A program made the position numbers and the translations under genes. Below, in pieces: positions 16,780 to 25,383 of a DNA stretch of 27,797 nt. Each line of letters starts with the position of its first letter. The first letter of the stretch is position 1. The notes under the pieces are model-generated. The model saw only the letters and a program-made list of their open reading frames with translations, did no database searches and was not told the DNA's origin. This stretch comes from Nitrospirota bacterium (lineage in GTDB: Bacteria > Nitrospirota > Nitrospiria > Nitrospirales > UBA8639): the NCBI GenBank assembly GCA_020348185.1, contig CP070743.1, forward strand, positions 1,273,879 through 1,301,675, read 5' to 3'.

Positions 16780-16973
16780 GTTAGGTGGCTGTGGGGGTCA
16801 TCGTGACCATCTCATTGATTGCCTACTAGAATCGAAGCTGTTGCAGGAATAACTTTCGGGGATTGTACGTGACTAGGGAAGAAATCAAAAGGATCGATTA
16901 AAAAAATAAGTCCAAAAGAAATCTCGATCTTCCTTCCAAGGAATTCCGGAAAGAATTCCAGATTCGTCGGATT

Positions 16974-18644
16974 TTATTGGGTCAGCAGGTACAGCTTCGA
17001 ATATGAGGGGCCAAGCAAGGACTTCAGGGTGAGTCGATTCTGTTTAAAGGCCTCTGCTTGCGCTAACACACGGAACTGAAAACCAGCTTTCTGTAACTCC
17101 TTATAGTCTTGCTCGTAGATCAGAATGACAGCGCGTGGATCCGTCTGAAGGATGGAGGGGAGGCGCTCTACGGGTTTACCTGGAAGACGTTTTACTGATT
17201 GAGATGTTGGCAAAAATATTGCGAGGTCCCAAGTCCATTCGGTTGCTGTCCCAGCCGCATACACATCGACGTTCGCAGGTACGCGAGCGGCAAGGGCTTC
17301 GGGCGGTTGGAATCGAGTGTAATCGGGAAGCAGAAAAAAATAGGTAGAAAATGTCGTGGCCCACAAGGTGAAGGCGAATGCCAAAACTGCCTGATATGCC
17401 GGTTTCCGAACGATGTACCAAAGAGCGGCAACAAGGGAAATCATGGCGATAATGTGGGGCAACCAGGCCATGATGTTATCCGGGAAATTTACTGTGATCA
17501 TTTGGATAGTGAAATAAAGGAGGACCGGCAGGGCGACGACTAACAGGGTTGCAATGGTCAGACGAAACCGTCGCGCCCAAATCGATGGATCCCCTTCTTG
17601 AAGAAGGCTGAGGGCCACGAGAAGGGCGGCAGGGGGTACCCCTATGAGGAAATAGTAATCAAGCTTGAAGCTTGAGAGGGAAAAAAACAAAATGGGCGAG
17701 AATATCCAGAAACCGAGCAACCGCAATTGACGTCTCATTGACTGGTCAATGGTTTTCCAGCGACGGAACCACCATAGGCTAACAATAAGGAGAGGGGACC
17801 AGGGTAGAAAATCTGCCAGAAAAGCCGTCGTCTCGTAGACGAACATGAGTTGTGTGGTTTTGTAGGAAGAACCAGTAAACCTTCGCAAATTTTCCTCAAC
17901 AAAAAAATTCCAAAGGGGATCTATCCCATGGTAGACCCACACGAGTAAGAAATATGGGGCCGCAACCAACAAAAATGTCATTGCCCCTGAAAGGGGCCTG
18001 AGTTTTCTGATAATGGTCAAATCGCGAGAGACAATAATTTCCATACATATCGGGAGAACGGATAACACGATGGCCACCGGTCCTTTGACCAGAAACCCCA
18101 AACCAATGGCTCCATATCCGATGAGGACCAGTGTCCGAGGGCGCGTGGTCTGGTCCATGAGTACAAGTATCCAACATGCCAATGTGATAGTGATGCAGAG
18201 CGTGAGCAGCAAGTCCGGCATGGAGAGCCTGGCAAAAGACCAGAAAAGATAGGTTGTGGCCAACATGGCCGATGCAGTCAATGCAACGATTTTTCCGTGG
18301 AACCGTAATCCCAGAATATACACGATGATGAGCACACCGAGTCCGGATAATGCCGAAGGGATTCGACCGGCGCCATGGTTGAATCCAAAGTATTTGTAGG
18401 CGATTCCGATGAGCCAATATTGAAAAGGGGTTTTGTTGAGTGGTAACTCATGTGGCGCATGTGGAAGAAGATACTCATGGGTTTCCACCATCATCCGTGC
18501 CCCTAAAGAGAAGTGGGTTTCTGCTCGCAGGAATTGGGCATACGATCCAATATTGGTCAAAAACATCATGGACGCCAGAAAGAGCAGTAAAAGAAAGGCG
18601 GAGTGGGATTTGATGGATGCCGGCAAGACTCGGTCTCTTATCAA
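16974..18644 (-). CDS. ArnT/PMT-like (GT-C fold) integral membrane glycosyltransferase
   Basis: ET...GARMMVETHEYLLP, NKTPFQYWL, GRIPSAL, MPDLLL, FLVKGPVA, FLPWSP, FFSLSSFKLDYY; many TMs; TTG start uncertain. Confidence 0.85.
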   Translation of the reverse strand: MIRDRVLPASIKSHSAFLLLLFLASMMFLTNIGSYAQFLRAETHFSLGARMMVETHEYLLPHAPHELPLNKTPFQYWLIGIAYKYFGFNHGAGRIPSALSGLGVLIIVYILGLRFHGKIVALTASAMLATTYLFWSFARLSMPDLLLTLCITITLACWILVLMDQTTRPRTLVLIGYGAIGLGFLVKGPVAIVLSVLPICMEIIVSRDLTIIRKLRPLSGAMTFLLVAAPYFLLVWVYHGIDPLWNFFVEENLRRFTGSSYKTTQLMFVYETTAFLADFLPWSPLLIVSLWWFRRWKTIDQSMRRQLRLLGFWIFSPILFFSLSSFKLDYYFLIGVPPAALLVALSLLQEGDPSIWARRFRLTIATLLVVALPVLLYFTIQMITVNFPDNIMAWLPHIIAMISLVAALWYIVRKPAYQAVLAFAFTLWATTFSTYFFLLPDYTRFQPPEALAARVPANVDVYAAGTATEWTWDLAIFLPTSQSVKRLPGKPVERLPSILQTDPRAVILIYEQDYKELQKAGFQFRVLAQAEAFKQNRLTLKSLLGPSYSKLYLLTQ

Positions 18645-18848
18645 TTCAATAAATCGTTACTGGGGGAGAACAATCGATAAGTAAGGGCTATGAGTGTGGG
18701 TGGCCATGGCTTCAGCAGATAAAACCCGGACAACCTCTTAATCGTTTGGCTGATCAGGTTAAGACAATAGCCATTGGCCCTGGCCAGGGTACAGGCAAGA
18801 CCTATTGGTTTTCAAGGACCTTTAGCCATTAGTACTAGAGGCAGTATG

Positions 18849-18882
18849 AAAAAAAAGGGCTTGGGATCAACCAAGCCCTTTT
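18849..18882 (-). terminator. Rho-independent terminator after htpX (possibly bidirectional)
   Basis: AAAAGGGCTTGG-gatcaa-CCAAGCCCTTTT perfect stem followed by U8 on the minus strand. Confidence 0.85.
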
Positions 18883-18910
18883 GACTATGACAGGTAAAAT
18901 GTTCTTTTGT

Positions 18911-19795
18911 CTATAACCGTTGTAAAGCTGCGACTCTGGCTTCAATCGGAGGGTGTGTGGAAAACATTCTCAAGAAACTCTTTGATTGACCAGAGATTTT
19001 CATGGTCGCTAATGCATCCTCACTCGTATATTGAAACTGAGCTCTTTGAACCCAACCATCTATCGCCTGCAGGGCGGAGATCATATACTCCTTTCCGACG
19101 GTGTTGGCTGCAAACCGATCCGCTGCAAATTCCCGACGTCTTGAAAACCAACTGATGGGAATCATGGCGAGAAAGGATAATATAATTTGCAAGAAGATAT
19201 ACGCTCCAAAACCCAGTGCCGGATTGCGCTCCGCCAAATGCCTATAGACCCAACGGCTAATAAAGTACACGAAGGTGTTCATGAGCCCAGCCAGAATGGT
19301 GGTGGTGAACATGTCTCCGTTATAGACATGCCCCATTTCATGGGCAAGCACTGCGCGAACCTCATTCTCATTGAGGTTATTGAGAAGGCCGGTCGAGACG
19401 GCCACCATAGAATTGTTTTTTGATGGCCCAGTGGCAAATGCGTTGGGATCCGGTGACTCGTATACCCACAGTTCCGGGGTCTTTACATTGAGCCTATTGG
19501 CAATTTTCTGGACTGTCTCCAAAATTACGCTTTCCGCGTGGTTTTTGGGATGGGTAATTTGATAGCCATCGATCATGGATCTTGCAATGGTTTTGGAAAG
19601 GGCCAAGCTCCCAAAGGCTCCCCCAAAACCAATGGCCAAGGCAAATATGAGATCGCCTTGATTCACATATTGGTGAAGGTTTATTCCAAATGACGGCAGG
19701 ACAAAATCTGCCAAAACCGTAAACGTGATCGATAAGGTAATAAAGATCAGGATGTTGGCGAGTAGCAACAATCCAATACCTTTCCATCTATTCAT
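18911..19795 (-). CDS. htpX: Membrane zinc metalloprotease HtpX (peptidase M48)
   Basis: SPDPNAFATG, VAVSTGLL, AVLAHEMGH (HExxH), FSRRREFAAD, FSTHPPIEARV; N-terminal TMs. Confidence 0.93.
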   Translation of the reverse strand: MNRWKGIGLLLLANILIFITLSITFTVLADFVLPSFGINLHQYVNQGDLIFALAIGFGGAFGSLALSKTIARSMIDGYQITHPKNHAESVILETVQKIANRLNVKTPELWVYESPDPNAFATGPSKNNSMVAVSTGLLNNLNENEVRAVLAHEMGHVYNGDMFTTTILAGLMNTFVYFISRWVYRHLAERNPALGFGAYIFLQIILSFLAMIPISWFSRRREFAADRFAANTVGKEYMISALQAIDGWVQRAQFQYTSEDALATMKISGQSKSFLRMFSTHPPIEARVAALQRL

Positions 19796-19938
19796 CGAGG
19801 TTCCCCCATATGGTTTAAAATAAATAAGATATATCTTTCCTCGTGACTATTGTAACGCAAATTGGCACAATGACCTAAATTGATTTTGTAGAAGTTCCCT
19901 AAGAGTTTGAAAGATAAGCACTTTTTGAGTTTTGTCAA

Positions 19939-20385
19939 GTGGGAAGGAGAAAATTTTTGTCAAAACAACGGTTTTTTCCAAAAATACCAGTTCAATTGGT
20001 GTCCCTCATTGCCTCGCTATTGCTTGGTGCTCCTATTTCATTTTCTGAAGAACCCCTTGTCCTTCAAGCTGACCAAGATGGTGTGCAACGGGCCAAGATC
20101 AATATGGAGTCTTATGTCTATTCTCCCAATAAACTCGTTGTCGATTTGGGAAAACCTGTCGAGCTCACCTTGGAAAATAATTCGTTCCTTGTTCCGCACA
20201 ATTTCCTTCTTGACTCACCGGATGGAGAACGCTTGGTGGAAGAAGATATCAGCAGCGGAGAAATTGAGACCGTTCAATTCACCCTGACAACTTCCGGTAC
20301 GTATCCATTTTATTGTGATAAACAATTATTGTTTTTTCCCAATCATCGTGAGGAAGGAATGGAAGGAACCATCGTCGTCCGTTGA
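19939..20385 (+). CDS. Secreted cupredoxin-domain (type 1 copper) protein
   Basis: VPHNF and YC-x9-H-x4-M copper ligands; N-terminal GRRKFL plus hydrophobic segment (Tat-like); GTG start. Confidence 0.8.
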   Translation: MGRRKFLSKQRFFPKIPVQLVSLIASLLLGAPISFSEEPLVLQADQDGVQRAKINMESYVYSPNKLVVDLGKPVELTLENNSFLVPHNFLLDSPDGERLVEEDISSGEIETVQFTLTTSGTYPFYCDKQLLFFPNHREEGMEGTIVVR

Positions 20386-21437
20386 TGGAGTCGGGCATGG
20401 CAAGGACACCATCAGATCAATTTCTTTTGCGATCCATTCTTAAACGGGTTTCGCGCTCCTTTTACCTCACGCTGGCTGTCCTCCCCAGATCTGTGAGGGA
20501 CCAAGTGGGTTTAGCGTATTTATTTGCCAGAGCGGCGGATACCATTGCGGATACGGGCCAATTGGATCAGAAGACTCGCTTAGCCTGTCTTGGTCGCCTG
20601 AAAGCCCAATTTGTGAAGGGCATCGTGAATTCAGAAGATATTAGCGCGATTCGAACCCTCGTTGCCCCTAATCAGCCCAATCCCAATGAACGGATACTCA
20701 TTGAAGAACTGCACCAGTGCTTTTCCTTGTATCAGCAGCTCAATCCGCAAGATCAAACCCGTATTGCCAATCTACTCCCCACATTAATTGAGGGAATGGA
20801 GTTTGACCAAGTGCAGTTTCAAGAACATGCAAAGGGAGAAGTTTCGGCGCTTCCCACCATGAACGATTTGGATTATTACACCTATGCGGTGGCCGGGTGC
20901 GTTGGTGCGTTTTGGACTAAAATGATGTGTGCGCATCTCTCCCACTTATCGGCTTGGGATCAAGAGGTGATGGTCCCCATTGGGATACGCTATGGCAAGG
21001 GACTTCAATTAGTGAATATCTTGCGGGATTTGCCGCAAGATCTTCAAAAGGGGCGATGTTATATTCCCTTACCCTTATTACATGAAGTAGGACTCCAACC
21101 AAGGGATTTATTAAATCTGGAAAGTTTCCCTGTTTTTCGGCCCATTCTTCGCCGGTTGATTTTGATCGCCCGGGATCATTTGGATCAAGGATGGCAATAC
21201 ACGATGGCTATTCCTCGATGGGAAATTCGGCTTCGCCTCGCTTGCATGTGGCCAATTTTAATTGGGATGCGAACCCTGAATTTGCTTGCCGAATCCTCCA
21301 ATGCTTTGGACCCAACCCGTCCACTGAAAGTGTCGCGCCCTGAAGTATACCGGATGATGGCTGCGACCACGCTTTCGGGAGGATGCGGGTATGTTGGGAC
21401 CGCGTATTGGGGGTATCTGCGAAAGAGAGTGGTTTAG
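20385..21437 (+). CDS. Squalene/phytoene synthase family (trans-isoprenyl diphosphate synthase, head-to-head)
   Basis: VSRSFYL, YLFARAADTIAD, YTYAVAGCVG, GLQLVNILRDLPQDLQKGRCYIP; TGATG coupling with the cupredoxin stop; alternative ATG at 20397. Confidence 0.9.
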   Translation: MESGMARTPSDQFLLRSILKRVSRSFYLTLAVLPRSVRDQVGLAYLFARAADTIADTGQLDQKTRLACLGRLKAQFVKGIVNSEDISAIRTLVAPNQPNPNERILIEELHQCFSLYQQLNPQDQTRIANLLPTLIEGMEFDQVQFQEHAKGEVSALPTMNDLDYYTYAVAGCVGAFWTKMMCAHLSHLSAWDQEVMVPIGIRYGKGLQLVNILRDLPQDLQKGRCYIPLPLLHEVGLQPRDLLNLESFPVFRPILRRLILIARDHLDQGWQYTMAIPRWEIRLRLACMWPILIGMRTLNLLAESSNALDPTRPLKVSRPEVYRMMAATTLSGGCGYVGTAYWGYLRKRVV

Positions 21438-21718
21438 TCTCCAGATGGAGAGGGGACAAGCAGTTTATCGCCTTTTCGAAACACCGCATAAATGGCTTGA
21501 CTCGGACAAGCGTCAAGACAGAGCCGACAGGACTCTAAACAGCGTGACGCATCAAATTTATAGGGAGGGGTGGAGAGCCACGCTCCGGTTGGGCATGCCG
21601 GGATGCACACCGCATTATTGGTGCACCGGTCGGGGTGGCGAACGAGGTGATCTCTAGTTACCATCATGGGTTTGACTCCTTCAAATAATGCTTGAGAAAA
21701 GATCTCGAGCATATTCAT
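21434..21718 (-). CDS. Dicluster-type ferredoxin (94 aa)
   Basis: CTNNAVCIPACPTGA and CLESCRLCLDACPSQAI; ATG 4 bp after the upstream stop; stop overlaps the synthase stop (convergent). Confidence 0.8.
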   Translation of the reverse strand: MNMLEIFSQALFEGVKPMMVTRDHLVRHPDRCTNNAVCIPACPTGAWLSTPPYKFDASRCLESCRLCLDACPSQAIYAVFRKGDKLLVPSPSGD

Positions 21719-21722
21719 GGGC

Positions 21723-22145
21723 TTATCTCTTTGATTCCCACTCATGGACCAATTGTCTGAGGCGGTCTTTCAATTCGGGAATCTGTTCGAGGTTATTGTG
21801 AATGGCTCCAAGAATGTTTTCCATTCGAGCGACCCGACCGGCATGATTATCAATCTGGTCCAGGCGGTCATATTCAGCAAAGGCCTCAGGGTGCTGGGCT
21901 TCTAAGAGGTCCCGTGCTTCCAGCAATCCGGCCGTGAGCTCTTGCGGTTCACATGTCGGAAGTGACACCACCAAAAAGGATCCATTAGAAAAAATCAAGA
22001 CCACGCGTTGAGGTTTCGATTTGAGGACTTTTACATGCTGGATGGTATGTCCTATCGTTTGACTCCAAGAAGTTAACAGGCCGGGAAATTGTTTCAAAAA
22101 GGAGACTTTATCCTGGTTGGCTTTCCATTTGGCTTCAACAGACAT
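21723..22145 (-). CDS. Hypothetical protein (140 aa)
   Basis: Clean ORF with protein-like composition and helical C-terminus; co-oriented between two ferredoxins. Confidence 0.75.
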   Translation of the reverse strand: MSVEAKWKANQDKVSFLKQFPGLLTSWSQTIGHTIQHVKVLKSKPQRVVLIFSNGSFLVVSLPTCEPQELTAGLLEARDLLEAQHPEAFAEYDRLDQIDNHAGRVARMENILGAIHNNLEQIPELKDRLRQLVHEWESKR

Positions 22146-22277
22146 GGTAGACCCTTGGAATGTTCAATGAATTCAGCAACAGGGTGGAAAAGGGGTTCAA
22201 GGTCTAGGAGGATTGGTCATTAGGGTCCGAACCGGGGAATAGGAAGAAGAACGCTGTAGCATGAAACGACGACCCCT

Positions 22278-22619
22278 TCACGTGATTGGTGAGCGGGGTT
22301 TATCATGGCCCGGCATGAGGAGCCTTTCGACAATTTCCCCTTTGCCAATATGCCGTTCCATGATCTCGGTGACATCAGCTTCCGACCCGACCCAATACCA
22401 AACGCCTTCTGGGTAAATCACCACGCTTGGGCCGTATTCGCAATGGTCCAAGCATCCGGCCTTATTGGCACGGACAAGGCCCCGTAATCCCATACGTTCT
22501 ACTTCTTTTTTAAAAAAGGCATGGAGAGAGACAGAACCCGAATCGGCACAACACCCGCGTGGGTCGCCTTTGGGACGTTGGTTCGTGCATACGAAAATGT
22601 GGTGTTTAAATCCCCCCAT
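22278..22619 (-). CDS. Thioredoxin-like [2Fe-2S] ferredoxin (Aquifex Fd4-type)
   Basis: HIFVCTNQR...GCC...GCLDHCEYGPSVVIYPEGVWY; start at MGGFKHH preferred over the ORF-track start 22733. Confidence 0.88.
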   Translation of the reverse strand: MGGFKHHIFVCTNQRPKGDPRGCCADSGSVSLHAFFKKEVERMGLRGLVRANKAGCLDHCEYGPSVVIYPEGVWYWVGSEADVTEIMERHIGKGEIVERLLMPGHDKPRSPIT

Positions 22620-22750
22620 GAACCTGAAAATCCAGAAAAACTCCTTAAATATAAGAGAAACTGATAAAATGAAATCATACATGAGCGATCGGGAAGGTGT
22701 CCAGCAAGGAGCCGGGGAGTGAGTTTCAACCATTTGTTAAAGGGGAACCG

Positions 22751-23854
22751 ATGGTCATTGGTATTCCAAAAGAGGTGAAGGACAATGAATTTCGGGTTGC
22801 CTTGACGCCACATGCTGTTAAGCATTTGGTAACGATGGGACAAGAGGTGTTTGTTGAGAATGGAGCAGGGGAGGGAAGTGGGTTTCTTGATCAGGAATAT
22901 CAAGAAGCCGGAGCAACACTGATTGCAAAAAGTGATGAGCTTTTTCACTCAGCCCAACTCATTCTCAAAGTGAAAGAACCCCAGCCCGAGGAGTATTCAC
23001 AATTCCACGCCCACCACGTCCTCTTCACGTACTTGCATTTAGCTGCTTCAAAAGAACTGACGGAGGCGCTCTTACAGTCTGGTTGCATCGCCATCGCTTA
23101 TGAAATGGCTCAGGATGCGAATGGGCGTTTCCCGATTCTTGAGCCAATGAGTAAGATCGCCGGTCGGATGTCCGTGCAGATTGGGGCCCATTACCTGGAA
23201 AAACAACAAGGCGGACGGGGCGTGCTTCTTGGAGGTGTGCCCGGAGTAGAGCCAGGACGCGTTGTTATTTTGGGCTCTGGCGGCGTTGGTTCATCAGCGA
23301 CCCGAATTGCGGTCGGAATGGGAGCGGCCGTAACCGTCATCAGTATAGACCTTGACCAGCTCACCAGATTAGAGGAGCTATACCCCGGGCGTGTGGTGAC
23401 GCGCGTGTCTACCCCCATCGGGATTGAGGAATCGGTGCTCCAGGCGGATCTGGTCATTGGAGCTGTGTTGATACCGGGCGCTCGTCCGCCTCGACTGATT
23501 CCACGATCACTCGTGAAACGCATGCTTCCCGGGTCGGTTATTGTTGATGTGGCGGTCGATCAGGGCGGCTGTGTTGAAACGACGCATCCCACGACCCACT
23601 CGGATCCGGTCTACCGTGTTTTTGATGTAATCCATTATGCCGTATCCAATATTCCGGGGATTGTTCCCCGGACGGCTACTCTGGCCTTGACCAACGCCTC
23701 GCTACCTTTTATAGTCCGTTTGGTCGAAAGTGGGATTGATCTGGCGTTAAAGAGAGAGCCTGGACTTGCCAATGGTGTGAATGTGAAACAAGGCAAGGTG
23801 ACGTGTCAGGCTGTCGCTCAAGCCCATGGGTTGCCCTTTGAGCCGCTCGACTAG
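22751..23854 (+). CDS. ald: Alanine dehydrogenase
   Basis: IGIPKEVKDNEFRVALTP, KVKEP, FTYLHLA, MSKIAGRMS, ILGSGGVG, GAVLIPGA, DVAVDQGGCVET, NIPG; SD AGGGG before ATG 22751. Confidence 0.95.
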   Translation: MVIGIPKEVKDNEFRVALTPHAVKHLVTMGQEVFVENGAGEGSGFLDQEYQEAGATLIAKSDELFHSAQLILKVKEPQPEEYSQFHAHHVLFTYLHLAASKELTEALLQSGCIAIAYEMAQDANGRFPILEPMSKIAGRMSVQIGAHYLEKQQGGRGVLLGGVPGVEPGRVVILGSGGVGSSATRIAVGMGAAVTVISIDLDQLTRLEELYPGRVVTRVSTPIGIEESVLQADLVIGAVLIPGARPPRLIPRSLVKRMLPGSVIVDVAVDQGGCVETTHPTTHSDPVYRVFDVIHYAVSNIPGIVPRTATLALTNASLPFIVRLVESGIDLALKREPGLANGVNVKQGKVTCQAVAQAHGLPFEPLD

Positions 23855-23858
23855 TCTT

Positions 23859-24013
23859 GCAGGACGTTGAAAAAGTCCGCCAGCGGCGTTCTCGGCCCTT
23901 TGTCGTGCTCACGTACTCCCGTGTACGCTCCGTGCGCCAAACAAGGGGGACGCCCTGCGGGACGTGGCAGGCAATGCGCGGCCTTGCTGAACGGGCCTTT
24001 TTGAACATCCTGC
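23859..24013. repeat. 155-bp non-autonomous palindromic element (MITE/REP-like) with terminal inverted repeats
   Basis: Left end GCAGGACGTTGAAAAAGTCCGCCAGC vs reverse complement of right end GCAGGATGTTCAAAAAGGCCCGTTCAGC; internal inverted segments (CGTAC/GTACG, CCCTTTGT/ACAAGGGG). Confidence 0.7.
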
Positions 24014-24038
24014 CTTGTTCATGGTATCCAGGCGGTTG

Positions 24039-24090
24039 GTTGAAAAGCCATCTCAACAATTGAAATGGCGAGTTTTTCAACAGCTTGCTA
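24039..24090. repeat. Short hairpin sharing the same terminal motif
   Basis: GTTGAAAA-GCCAT...ATGGC-GAG-TTTTTCAAC; minus strand reads TAGCAAGCTGTTGAAAAACTCGCC, similar to the ends of 23859-24013. Confidence 0.5.
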
Positions 24091-24100
24091 GGAGTTTGAT

Positions 24101-24177
<77 letters not shown>

Positions 24178-24223
24178 CTTTTCCTCTCTCTACAAGTTCT
24201 TTTCAAAGGTTCCACGGCATCCT

Positions 24224-24835
24224 ATGATCGAATTTCTGAATATCATGGTGGTCATAGCCATTGTGATTGCCCTGGTTTCTTTATGGTATGCCCAGAGATT
24301 AGGAAGACAGGTGAAACATCTCAAACGCAAGGAATATTATGTTGAGCAAAAACTCAATGGAATCACAAAACAAATCTCTGAAGCCGTTGATCCTTTACGC
24401 CTTCAACTAGCCGCAATCTCTGCCGGCTACTCCGTGCCTGATCAACTTATTCGAACCGGACGTTTGTATGAAAATGTGTCTGCAGAAGAAGCCGAGGGGA
24501 TCATTGCGCAAACCCAGAAGGCCGAAGTTGATCGCGTCATGATCGTGGATGTTCGGACACCGAGAGAATTTGCCTTGAGGCATATCCCTGGGGCCAAGCT
24601 CATCCCTGTAGAGGAGCTGGAAATGCGATACCATGCGGAGATTCCGATCACAATCGAGAAAGTCCTTGTCTATTGTGATATGGGAGACCGAAGTCGGCTA
24701 GCCTGCGATTACTTGAGTCGGCAAGGGTATATGAATCTCTATAATGTCTTTGATGGTCTTCAAAAGTGGAAGGGCCTTACTTTGGGAGAATCATCAGGGT
24801 CCCTTATACAAATTCAATCAAAGTCTTCTGCGTGA
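24224..24835 (+). CDS. Membrane-anchored rhodanese-domain protein
   Basis: N-terminal TM, helical linker, then [20 protein letters not shown] and active-site [18 protein letters not shown]. Confidence 0.85.
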   Translation: MIEFLNIMVVIAIVIALVSLWYAQRLGRQVKHLKRKEYYVEQKLNGITKQISEAVDPLRLQLAAISAGYSVPDQLIRTGRLYENVSAEEAEGIIAQTQKAEVDRVMIVDVRTPREFALRHIPGAKLIPVEELEMRYHAEIPITIEKVLVYCDMGDRSRLACDYLSRQGYMNLYNVFDGLQKWKGLTLGESSGSLIQIQSKSSA

Positions 24836-24915
24836 CTCCTAAGGGATTTGTTCGAAGCCGGTCAAAAATATAGTAAATATAAGTTTGTTAGCCGACGGTA
24901 AGGGGTACGGTGACG

Positions 24916-25323
24916 ATGAGTGATGAATTTACGATCCTAAATGTGCTTGGACCATATCGGGAGCCCCGGGAGTATGCGTTTTCTTTTGACTATTCAGTCC
25001 AACGACCTCATTGGCCGACGCCTCAGGGAATCCGGGTCAAAGTGGCCATTGACCATGAACTCGAATACTTTAAAACCAAGATTCTTCAACTATCGGGAGG
25101 GACATCTGGACAACAGCTCCGGATTAACCAGATCTTATGTCGGGCCATAGCTGATCAAAAACTCGAAATCGCGAATAAAGAAGGTCTGTTTGCTGATCGT
25201 CGGGATGTCATGATTGATCCATTTATTGACGAATTGACACATTTGTTTGGCGAGCTTGAAGCCTGGATGCAGACCGAATGTGAACGATTTAAGCGTGAAA
25301 TCAAGGATACTGTTGGAGTTTAA
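24916..25323 (+). CDS. Hypothetical protein (135 aa)
   Basis: Clean ORF, AAGGGG SD at 24900-24905; GTG 24910 is an alternative start; no motif recognised. Confidence 0.75.
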   Translation: MSDEFTILNVLGPYREPREYAFSFDYSVQRPHWPTPQGIRVKVAIDHELEYFKTKILQLSGGTSGQQLRINQILCRAIADQKLEIANKEGLFADRRDVMIDPFIDELTHLFGELEAWMQTECERFKREIKDTVGV

Positions 25324-25383
25324 TCCCTTCCGAGATCTCCTTTCCCCCGTATCGCCCTCTTCCCATCTGAAATCGGAAATGTT

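Noticed and set aside
23857-24063. 68-aa ORF after ald
   Set aside because: Coincides with the palindromic repeat element; best explained as an open frame through a GC-rich repeat
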